From contig CAXXLF010000002.1 of the NCBI GenBank assembly GCA_963664015.2, positions 608,001 to 672,000 on the forward strand: a stretch of 64,000 nt of DNA, read 5' to 3'. The stretch's first letter is position 1, and each line of letters begins with the position of its first letter. A model generated the notes under the pieces. That model ran no database searches. It was not told the DNA's origin and was given only the letters and a program-made list of their open reading frames with translations. This document shows, piece after piece, positions 43,896-52,517 of the stretch. The stretch comes from Candidatus Binatia bacterium (GTDB lineage Bacteria > Desulfobacterota > Binatia > UBA9968 > CAXXLF01). The translations under genes were made by a program, and so were the position numbers.

Positions 43896-44678
43896 CTAGA
43901 AAACGAAACGGATCCCTACGGCAAAAAGACAGGCCGCCAGAATCGGCCTGACCACTCGGTCGGGCAAACGGTTTCCAAGATGACTACCCAGATAGGTCCC
44001 CGGCAGGGCGCCAATAAGCAAAGCGCCTAACAATGCGTAATCCACGTTGCCGATCTGCAAGTGTCCCAATCCGGCAATGGCCGTCAAAGGAACCGCATAG
44101 GCCAGGTCAGTCCCTGCAATGGCGATGATGGGGAGCCTGGGGTATAAAAAGAGCACCATCGCCGCACCCAGAACACCGGCACCCACAGATGACAAAGTTA
44201 CAAGGATTCCAACGATTACCCCCGCCAGAACGGTAAATAGCCCTCGGTGATGACGAAAAACTCCCGTAATGGAATTGAGAGTATTGGATTTTTCTGAAGG
44301 GTGCCCTGCGGACTTAAAGACGAGCACTATGGAAGTCAGTATGAGGGCAACGCTCAACACCAAGGTAATGAAGCGATCGTAATCAATCCCCAGGGACATG
44401 AGTTTTTTCAAGAGAAAAACCGTGAGGATAGCCGATGGTACGCTCCCGGCAGCTAACAGGCCGACAATGTTCCAACGAATCGACCCGTGACGACTATGAA
44501 CCCAGACTCCAGCACATTTGGTCACTGACGCATAGAGCAAGTCTGTACCTACGGCAATCGAGGGAGAAACCCCAAAAACCAGCACGAGAATCGGTGTCAT
44601 CAGGGAGCCACCACCCATCCCCGTCAGACCAATGAGTATGCCAACTGTGAAGCCCACTAAGGGGAGTGCAAAATCCAT
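43896..44678 (-). CDS. TauE/SafE sulfite exporter family protein
   Basis: GLTGMGGGSLMTP, AVGTDL, SSVGAG, GTDLAYA. Confidence 0.9.
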   Translation of the reverse strand: MDFALPLVGFTVGILIGLTGMGGGSLMTPILVLVFGVSPSIAVGTDLLYASVTKCAGVWVHSRHGSIRWNIVGLLAAGSVPSAILTVFLLKKLMSLGIDYDRFITLVLSVALILTSIVLVFKSAGHPSEKSNTLNSITGVFRHHRGLFTVLAGVIVGILVTLSSVGAGVLGAAMVLFLYPRLPIIAIAGTDLAYAVPLTAIAGLGHLQIGNVDYALLGALLIGALPGTYLGSHLGNRLPDRVVRPILAACLFAVGIRFVF

Positions 44679-44884
44679 TTTCGTTATCCATCTCTACGTT
44701 CATACCACGCTTCTTTGATTCCCTGATCATGATCGCGTTGCCCGCTAGGCTCAAGGAGCCCAACCTAACTATGAGCCGGGGTCCAGGCTGAGAAACTCCC
44801 GACCTTATCTTGCTTATCTTGCCACGGGAGTCCAGCCGATCACCGAATTTTACTGTTTAACAGGAACCTGAACCGTCAACCATG

Positions 44885-46078
44885 TCACGCTAGATCCCCC
44901 GTACGGGTCCAATCGGACAAGATCTTATCAACTTCGGGGCGAGTAAATTCCTCAGGCAACGGATCGCCACTGCCCAGAAGTTCCCTTACCCGGGTACCTG
45001 ATAGCGCTACCCGATGAGAGGCATCGTGAGGACAGGTCTTAGCTGAGGCAACAGCACCGCAACGGCGGCAGAAAAACGTCTCAGAAAAATAGAGCGGTGT
45101 GATATCCAACTCGGTGCGCTCAAATTGGCCGAAAAGATCCCATGCGTCGTACGGGCCGTAGTATCCCCCGAAACCGGCTGCATCACGCCCCACGATAAAG
45201 TGAGTGCAACCGTAGTTTTTCCGCACCAGGGCATGAAAGACGGCCTCTCTCGGCCCCGCGTAGCGCATGGCACCGGGGAAAACCGACAGCATGGCACGTT
45301 CTTTGGGAAAATAGTGTTCGATCAACACTTCATAACAACGCAGACGGACATCCGACGGGATATCGTCCAGCTTGGTTTTCCCGACCAGAGGATGAATTAA
45401 CAGACCGTCCATCAGCTCCAAGGCACATTTCTGGATATACTCGTGAGAGCGATGAATCGGATTACGGGTCTGAAAGCCAACCACCGTACGCCAGCCTATC
45501 TTCTTGAAAACGGCTCGGTTTTCCACGGGGTCAAGCCTGTAGGCCTCGAAGGCCCTCGGCAACTGAGGTCTCTCGAGCAGGTTGATCCTGCCGCCAAGAA
45601 GGACATCCCCGCGTTGGTGAAGATACCAGACCCCCGGATGGCGATCCTCGTCCGTCCGATAGACCTCCATGGCCTCTTTTCTCTTGTCGTAGGCAAAGAT
45701 CTCGTCCAGCTTGAGAATACCGACGGTTTCTCCCGTGGAGTCAAGAAGCGCCACGTCCTCCCCTTCGCGAAGCTCTTTAGCCTCTTCCGAATCTACGGCC
45801 AGGGTGATGGGCAGGGTCCAAGGCAAACCCGATGAGAGGCGCATATCATTAATAACCCCCTCGTAATCCTTCTTCCCCATAAACCCTTCCAGTGGGCTGA
45901 CGGCCCCGATAGCCAACAGCTCGAGATCGGAAAAGGTTCGCGCGTTCAATGCAACCTTCTTCAACTCCTTGGCCTTGGCCTTGACCTCTTCCCGCTCCTG
46001 ACCGCTTAAAACTCTGTTGACTAGAGACCCGCCGTGGGGGCGGATCTGTCCGACTCCATAATCTTCGGTATTCATCAT
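44885..46078 (-). CDS. sat: Sulfate adenylyltransferase
   Basis: PHGGSLVNR, SPLEGFM, FQTRNPIHRSHE, MRYAGPREA, HFIVGRD, CxxC/CPH. Confidence 0.96.
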   Translation of the reverse strand: MMNTEDYGVGQIRPHGGSLVNRVLSGQEREEVKAKAKELKKVALNARTFSDLELLAIGAVSPLEGFMGKKDYEGVINDMRLSSGLPWTLPITLAVDSEEAKELREGEDVALLDSTGETVGILKLDEIFAYDKRKEAMEVYRTDEDRHPGVWYLHQRGDVLLGGRINLLERPQLPRAFEAYRLDPVENRAVFKKIGWRTVVGFQTRNPIHRSHEYIQKCALELMDGLLIHPLVGKTKLDDIPSDVRLRCYEVLIEHYFPKERAMLSVFPGAMRYAGPREAVFHALVRKNYGCTHFIVGRDAAGFGGYYGPYDAWDLFGQFERTELDITPLYFSETFFCRRCGAVASAKTCPHDASHRVALSGTRVRELLGSGDPLPEEFTRPEVDKILSDWTRTGDLA

Positions 46079-46086
46079 TGACTCCT

Positions 46087-46812
46087 TTAGGCAGATTTGA
46101 CGTGAAGCCCGCATTCCTTGGACTCAGGCATTTCCCACCACCAGCGGCCGGCGCGAACGTCCTCGCCGGGTTGGATCGCCCGCGTACAGGGCGAACATCC
46201 GATGCTGGGGAATCCACGGTCATGAAGCTTGTTGTAGGGCACATCGTGTTCGTGGATATAGTCCCATACTTGTTTTTCACTCCAATCGCCAATGGGGTTG
46301 AGCTTGATGATCGAACCATGGGCCTGATCGATCTCGATCTTATCCGTTTGCGTGCGAGTCATAGCCTGTTCGCGCCGCAAGCCCGTAATCCAGGCCTTGA
46401 GATCCTTGAGGGCGCGATTCAAGGGCTCTATCTTTCGGATACCACAGCAAAACTTCCGACCGTCGATGCTTTGCCGGAAGGAATAGAGGCCCTGTTCTCT
46501 CTCCAGCTTCTCCACCGCGGTAGCGTTGGGAAAGTAGACTTCAATTGAAATGCCGTACTTCTCCCGCACCCCTTCCATGACCTCGTAGGTCTCTTCATGG
46601 AGACGACCGGTGTCGAGGCTAAAGACTCGAAAGTTGGGATCCAAGCGCCAAAGCATATCAATCAGGACAACATCCTCGGCTCCAAAACTGGAGGCCAGTG
46701 CCAAATCGCCGGAGTATTCCTTCAACGCCCAACTCAGAAGCTTCTCCGCGCTTTGGCTTTCGAATTCCTGATTTAACTGATCAATGTTCAATGCTGGTGT
46801 GGTCGATGACAT
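46087..46812 (-). CDS. cysH: Adenylyl-sulfate (APS) reductase, CysH family, Fe-S type
   Basis: LDTGRL, CCGIRK, TGLRREQ, SIGCSPCT, RAGRWWWE, ECGLH; start set at ATG 46812. Confidence 0.95.
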   Translation of the reverse strand: MSSTTPALNIDQLNQEFESQSAEKLLSWALKEYSGDLALASSFGAEDVVLIDMLWRLDPNFRVFSLDTGRLHEETYEVMEGVREKYGISIEVYFPNATAVEKLEREQGLYSFRQSIDGRKFCCGIRKIEPLNRALKDLKAWITGLRREQAMTRTQTDKIEIDQAHGSIIKLNPIGDWSEKQVWDYIHEHDVPYNKLHDRGFPSIGCSPCTRAIQPGEDVRAGRWWWEMPESKECGLHVKSA

Positions 46813-46852
46813 CTTTTTCCCCCTCTCTCTTATTGTAATTTTTGACTCATTT

Positions 46853-47437
46853 TTAATTAGTTCTCGCGGCGCCCAGATTTTTGAGCAGCGTCGCAACGTC
46901 AAACCGTGAGCCGGCTGCGATCCGAACGGCAAAACGTTGCCTGGGATCAAGGTCAGGCTCGAGTGCGAAATCGGTCTCGCCGTATACGTTCTTGGCCAGA
47001 GCATCCAGACCGGAACGAACCGCCTGAAAGGTTTCTTCCGTGTTGGGTGAAAGCAGCCGGTCGTTGATCAGAAACAACATTTCCCCGCCCAAGAACTTGA
47101 ACTTCCCTTGAAGCGACGGTTCCGTTTCGATTCTGCAGCAGGTTTCCAGAGTCGATGCCAATACGGTCCGTAACTTCTCCAGAGTCGTACCACTGAGGGG
47201 TTGCTTTTGATTGTAGAGCAGCCCCAGCCGGTTCCCGGTCTGATCGATGCTGATATTGGCCTCGTGGGCGAGCAGCAAGACCCCGGGCCCCGCGTGCATA
47301 TGGCTGTAGTCCGCCACGTCGTGAAAGTCTCCGTCGGTCGCCTGTATCCAGGAATGGAAGATCGGGATAAAGGCAGACATTGGGACGCCATCGGGCTCAG
47401 CGACAAAGATCTTGAAATTTATTTTTTGAACGTCCAT
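46853..47437 (-). CDS. Hypothetical protein within the sulfite reductase operon
   Basis: Intact ORF tightly placed between sir and cysH; FHSWIQ, DVADYSH..AGPG.LL.AHEAN. Confidence 0.8.
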   Translation of the reverse strand: MDVQKINFKIFVAEPDGVPMSAFIPIFHSWIQATDGDFHDVADYSHMHAGPGVLLLAHEANISIDQTGNRLGLLYNQKQPLSGTTLEKLRTVLASTLETCCRIETEPSLQGKFKFLGGEMLFLINDRLLSPNTEETFQAVRSGLDALAKNVYGETDFALEPDLDPRQRFAVRIAAGSRFDVATLLKNLGAARTN

Positions 47438-47451
47438 CGTTCGTGATCCGA

Positions 47452-49725
47452 TCAGGGAGTCGACTGAGCGCCCATGAGGCGTCCATAGCAACTATGGGCG
47501 GCGTCAATGAACAACTGTGCCTCTTCTATTCGTTGATGGGCCAGGTCTTGGGTCGTCTTTCCGTTACCTCCATTTTTCTTCAACGATTCGTCGGCCATAA
47601 AAAGAAAATCCGCAAACTTGCTACCGGCATACTTATCATGGAACACCTTGGTATCGTAAAAACGCGCGCGAAATTCGGCGAGGATCGTCTCCGGATCGTC
47701 TGGGATATCCGCATATTGGGTCTTGATGAGCCCCTGGGCCGCGTGCAGCATGGAGCGATACGCCGTCTGTACTGCCTTTCCGAAATCACAGTTGTCGAGC
47801 ATTATCTGTGACTCGAATAGCTCGCGCTCGCTGCCTGCAAGGGTAAACTGTGCCTGGGAAACGACCTCTCCCGCGCATTCGCCGATTCCCATGTCTTTGA
47901 GCGTGAACTCCCGCGGATCGCCCCAATCGCTGTAATAGGAGGGGTCCACGTCATGGGAAGGGACACGGGTCAGGTCTTCCAACAGACGCTTGACCTCCAG
48001 CTTGCCGATCCTGCTGATGAAGTCCTGAAAGCTCTCCCCCTTCTCCCGCTCCCGAACAAAACGCTCGGTAACCCGTGTAACCACATCCGGTACGCGCTTG
48101 GAAGGAATCGCCCCAACGGCAAGCCCATAGGAGCCCCCATTGTCTTTCCATTTGCCGCCAAGAACCACTTGAAAATGAGGCACCGTATAGGAACCGATAT
48201 TCCGGCTGATTCCATAGAAACCGATGTCGGCCACATGATGCTGGCCACAGGAATTGAAGCAGCCACTGATTTTGATTCGCAGCCCCTTGACCGCCTCGTC
48301 AAGCTCGAGGCTCTTTTCGCCCAACCGGGTGCGCAACTCTTTGGCTAGCCCCCTGGAAGAAGCAATGCCCAACTTACAGGTATCGGTGCCCGGGCAAGCC
48401 GTCACGTCCACAATCGTTCCAGCATTGGGCTGTCCTAGTCCGATCTGGCAAAGGGCCGAATAGAGCTCGTGAAGATCGGATTCGGTGATCCAACGGAAGA
48501 TGATATTCTGTTCTACTGTCGTGCGAATGGTGTCCTTTACAAAACGACGGGCAATGGATGCGAGGCCACGAAACTGGTCGGCGGAAAGATCCCCTAAAGG
48601 CAGAGTCACAGTGGCTACGACATAACCCGCCTGACTCTGATGATAAACATTGGTCGCAGTCCACGCCTCGAACCCATCCGGAGGTGTGGCTCCATTCATG
48701 GTCACACCTTTTTTCAAAGGCTCTTCCGTCGGCTCGTTGACCGTGGCAAGAAAGTCCGTCCAACGGGGATCCGGTGTCAATTTGCCGCGCTCCTCCAGGA
48801 CGAGCTTGCGGAACTCCTCGATTCCAAGCTTAGTCACCAGGAACTTCACCCGGGCACGGGCCCGGTTACGCTTTTCGCCCAGGCGGGCAAAAACCCGAGC
48901 CATCGCTTGCGCGACGGGCAATAGCTCCTCTTCCGGCAGGAACTCATCAAAGAGCTTGGCCTGATGGGGAACAGCACCCAATCCTCCGCCAACATAAAAC
49001 TCGAAGCCGCGGCGTTCCGTACCACCGACGACTTTCGTCTTAGCGATTGCCCCCATATCATGCATGCTGGTAAGGCCGCACGCCTCCCCTTTACAACCGG
49101 AGAAGGCGATCTTGAATTTCCTGCCAAAGTCCTGCGTATCGGGATGGCCCAGCAAGAAGTTGGAGCAAGCCACCGCATAGGGAGTCACATCGAAGACCTC
49201 ACTATTGCAAACTCCCGCGATCGGACAAGCAGTAACGTTGCGAACGACGTTACCGCAAGCCTCCCGGGTAGTGATACCAACGGCAGCAAGGCGGCGCATA
49301 ATCGTCGGCGTGTCGTCAATATGAATAAAATGGAACTGAAAGTCCTGACGGGTCGTCACGTGAGAAACCCCATCCGAATACTCCTCGGAAAGGTCTGCCA
49401 GAACCTCCATTTGCTCCGGATTAAGACCCCCAAAAGGAATCTTGATACGCATCATACCCGGCGCGTCCCACACGGTTTCGGGGCCCTTGGTCAATCCATT
49501 GGATGGAAGTTTTAATTGCTGTGTCCTTGTTCCGTCGTTCCTCTGGCCGTTATCGTAGCGCTGCCCGTAAACACCCCGGCGCAACCGAGTCTCTGCAAAG
49601 ACCTTCTCCTCGATCTTTCCTTGCTTGCGAAGCTCGATTTGGGTCTCAAAGATATCGATCTCACGGGCCAATTCCTGCGGCATCCGATCGGCAAGCTTTT
49701 CTTTCCAGCTCAGAAGATTACCCAT
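47452..49725 (-). CDS. sir: Siroheme nitrite/sulfite reductase with C-terminal extension
   Basis: RLRRGVYGQR, TTRQ, RNVTACP, RKFKIAFSGC, ACPGTDTC, SGCFNSCG. Confidence 0.92.
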   Translation of the reverse strand: MGNLLSWKEKLADRMPQELAREIDIFETQIELRKQGKIEEKVFAETRLRRGVYGQRYDNGQRNDGTRTQQLKLPSNGLTKGPETVWDAPGMMRIKIPFGGLNPEQMEVLADLSEEYSDGVSHVTTRQDFQFHFIHIDDTPTIMRRLAAVGITTREACGNVVRNVTACPIAGVCNSEVFDVTPYAVACSNFLLGHPDTQDFGRKFKIAFSGCKGEACGLTSMHDMGAIAKTKVVGGTERRGFEFYVGGGLGAVPHQAKLFDEFLPEEELLPVAQAMARVFARLGEKRNRARARVKFLVTKLGIEEFRKLVLEERGKLTPDPRWTDFLATVNEPTEEPLKKGVTMNGATPPDGFEAWTATNVYHQSQAGYVVATVTLPLGDLSADQFRGLASIARRFVKDTIRTTVEQNIIFRWITESDLHELYSALCQIGLGQPNAGTIVDVTACPGTDTCKLGIASSRGLAKELRTRLGEKSLELDEAVKGLRIKISGCFNSCGQHHVADIGFYGISRNIGSYTVPHFQVVLGGKWKDNGGSYGLAVGAIPSKRVPDVVTRVTERFVREREKGESFQDFISRIGKLEVKRLLEDLTRVPSHDVDPSYYSDWGDPREFTLKDMGIGECAGEVVSQAQFTLAGSERELFESQIMLDNCDFGKAVQTAYRSMLHAAQGLIKTQYADIPDDPETILAEFRARFYDTKVFHDKYAGSKFADFLFMADESLKKNGGNGKTTQDLAHQRIEEAQLFIDAAHSCYGRLMGAQSTP

Positions 49726-49756
49726 GATAAATTCTCCTCATAGGCGATGAATTAAT

Positions 49757-49784
49757 TAATTCCTGAGTTTTTTTATCGGAATTA
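49757..49784. promoter_or_regulatory. Inverted repeat upstream of sir, candidate repressor operator
   Basis: TAATTCC-N14-GGAATTA between a minus-strand TTGACA (49822-49827) and the sir RBS. Confidence 0.5.
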
Positions 49785-50023
49785 TCCATTAATATAGGTT
49801 TTTATCGCTTACAGGCGCCTATGTCAACCCTATTCAACAAATTTCAAGATCAATGTCAAGGGACAACTTATACAATCGGAAAAATCAGTTATAGCAAAAT
49901 GGACCTAATAGGGCAATATTAGTGGGAAAAGATGCCTACTCCCCAAAAGAGACGTGAACTATTGGGTAAAAGGGAGAGATTCAGAAGCCGAATTCTGGAG
50001 GGTCTTGACAATTTAGCTGGGAA

Positions 50024-51250
50024 TCAGGGTTTGGGAAGCTTAAGCTGCTGCCCAACCGTAATCAAGTTAATGTTAGAAAGTCCGTTGATACTCTGGATTT
50101 CACGAATGGAAATTCTATAGGCCATGGCGATGTGTGATAGGGTCTCACCCCGTGCCACTCGATGGTTAACCCAAGGACCATTGACGACCCTCTGATGGGC
50201 CTCGGCAAAGATCTCAATTTTTTCCGATGGAATCTTGACCCGATACCATTTGGGGATGAGCCTGATATTTCGACTCAATGCAGGGTTCCAACTCAAGAAC
50301 TCGCGGCGGGACACCACAGCAAAGCGAAGCAGGACGGATAGGGCTATGGGCTGATCCAATTTCAGCTCCTGAAAATTCCTCGGTAGATCGTATTCAATCT
50401 CTGGAAAATACTCTCGATCCCGGAGCGCCACCTCTACTGCGGCCACAAACTCCGCATAAAAGTTTTTCGACGCCACTCCGAACCGACGACTCTTATCGTG
50501 TTTAATGAGATCGGTGAGATCGCCGGACCCGACACGCATCACGGCTCGTTGAATTCCAGCCCTTCCGTGATTGTAAGCGGTGATAGCCAGAGGCCAGTCG
50601 TTAAACATTTCAAAGTTTTCTTCCAGCAGGCTAGCCGCCGCCCGGGTGGATTCCAATGGATCCTTCCTCTCGTCCACGGTGGAAGTTATACGGAGGTAGC
50701 GCTTCCCGGTCCGGCGCATGAACTGCCAAATGCCGACAGCACCAGCACGGGAGCGGGCATTGAGCTGAAAGGAGGATTCGATTAGTGGCAAGTAGGCAAG
50801 CTCAACCGGAAGTTCTCTCTTGCGGAAAATTTCCTGCATCTGGTCCAGATAACGCTGGGATTGCTGCAAACCCGAGATAAAACGTTCCTTGACCCCCCGT
50901 TGAGCCATTACCCGGCGTACGGATTTTAGACCGTGCTCGTTAGCGATCCTTTTTCTCTCTCTTCGGATGAGCGAGCGCAATCGACGACTTTTACCGATGT
51001 TCACTACCTTATAAATCTTAGATTGATCTTTAGAATCGTAGAAAACGATTTCCGACCTGCGGTAACGGGTAAAAATTTGCTTCCAGAACTCAATCGCAGT
51101 GTTAAGACCGGCAGGGACGGGAAAGGGATGACCGTTACGCGCGACAGATTTCCCCGCCTGGAAATCTTGGGCGCCTACAAGATTTAAGGGAAGGAAAGAT
51201 AGGGCCAACAAACAAAGACCCAAGTTTCTACAAATTACACCTTTGACCAT
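50024..51250 (-). CDS. Lytic transglycosylase (MltD-like) with LysM domain
   Basis: IESSF, AGAVGIWQFM, DERKDP, ITAYNHG; LysM HRVARGETLSHIA. Confidence 0.9.
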   Translation of the reverse strand: MVKGVICRNLGLCLLALSFLPLNLVGAQDFQAGKSVARNGHPFPVPAGLNTAIEFWKQIFTRYRRSEIVFYDSKDQSKIYKVVNIGKSRRLRSLIRRERKRIANEHGLKSVRRVMAQRGVKERFISGLQQSQRYLDQMQEIFRKRELPVELAYLPLIESSFQLNARSRAGAVGIWQFMRRTGKRYLRITSTVDERKDPLESTRAAASLLEENFEMFNDWPLAITAYNHGRAGIQRAVMRVGSGDLTDLIKHDKSRRFGVASKNFYAEFVAAVEVALRDREYFPEIEYDLPRNFQELKLDQPIALSVLLRFAVVSRREFLSWNPALSRNIRLIPKWYRVKIPSEKIEIFAEAHQRVVNGPWVNHRVARGETLSHIAMAYRISIREIQSINGLSNINLITVGQQLKLPKP

Positions 51251-51499
51251 GGTAGAGACAGGAGGAAAACTTAATAAAATCATAATAACCAGTCCACCAT
51301 TTTGGGTCAAGCCAAGAGAGACATTCAAAAGTCTTTCTCAAACTATTCGCATCTAGCACAAAAATCAAACCATGGCTTTTTCGATCCTCCTTCACGATCG
51401 AAAAAGCGATTGACTGGAAAGCCCCATCTCCCAGTGCGGCATTGCCTATTGCACTGCGAGATGGTAGAAGAGGCAAAATCATTTGCGAGGTAACCGGCA

Positions 51500-52060
51500 A
51501 TGGAACTTTACTCAGCTACCACCTGACCGTTTGCGCACAGGACTAGGATTGTCCTCGCCGAAAAGCAGTTACCTTACAAACTCATCGAAATCGACCTCAA
51601 ACGTAAACCCAAGGCCCTTTGGCAGAAGAACCCATACGGTAAGGTCCCCGTACTCATAGACGGGGATACGGTCGTTTACGAATCTGCTATCATCAACCAA
51701 TACCTTGAGGAACGGTACCCCCAAAGCCCTCTGATGCCTAAGGACCCCGCTCAAAGAGCCAGGGCAAGGATCTGGATCGACTTCTGCAATTCCCGCCTCC
51801 AACAGGCCGCCAGTGACTTTCGTCACAACAGGGAACCGGAGAAGGCGCAAAAAAGATTGGATAAAGACCTGCACACCTTGGACCAGGAGATGAGCCACCG
51901 AGAGTATATCGCCGGTGCTTATTCACTGGGTGATATCACCTACACCCCTTTTTTCTTGCGCCAGAAACAATATAAAATCTCCATCGGCGACGACATGCCG
52001 CATTTAAAAGCATGGATGAGCCGCATCATGGACCGGCCCGCCGTACGTTCTACTTTGTAA
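51500..52060 (+). CDS. Glutathione S-transferase, probable selenoprotein (in-frame TGA read as Sec)
   Basis: GAGG RBS, ATG 51500: MELYSATT(TGA)PFAHRTRIVLAEK...NPYGKVPVL...ESAIINQYLEE, in frame with ORF 51734-52060; the TGA sits at the CPF/CPY Cys position. Confidence 0.85.
51533..51558 (+). promoter_or_regulatory. Candidate bacterial SECIS hairpin
   Basis: AGGAC (51539-43) pairs with GTCCT (51551-55), loop UAGGAUU; GCG/CGC lower stem; upper stem starts 13 nt after the UGA. Confidence 0.6.
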
Positions 52061-52517
52061 CCGTTGCCCCCGCCAGGGGGGTAAATGTACCGAGACGCCA
52101 CGCTTCAGTCCCCCAATCGACCCCCTCAATTTCGGGACCGAAACAGTACGGGTCCTCTCAGTCTAATTAAGAACACTACACACCTTATTTAACAGGAACG
52201 TGCAATGGGTGGGGGAACAGTCGGATCAGGAACCACTGATGCAACCAGAAGATCGCTTGACTCAACATGGTTGATAAAAAACGGTTACGATTAATGTCAA
52301 TCCGGATCCACACGCCAATTAGGACAAGCCCGGTAGGGATTTACCGGTCTGTTCTTTGCGAGATTTGGAACATCTATGCCCCTTTTCTGAGTTGTTCATC
52401 ACAAAATCGGAATTGGATGGCGCGTTTTAGACTAGGGCTGGCAACGGGAGCAATCGCGTTGGAATAGCGACGTATTGGGAGTGTGCTAAGGGAATTGACG
52501 CAGGAACAATGGGAGGA

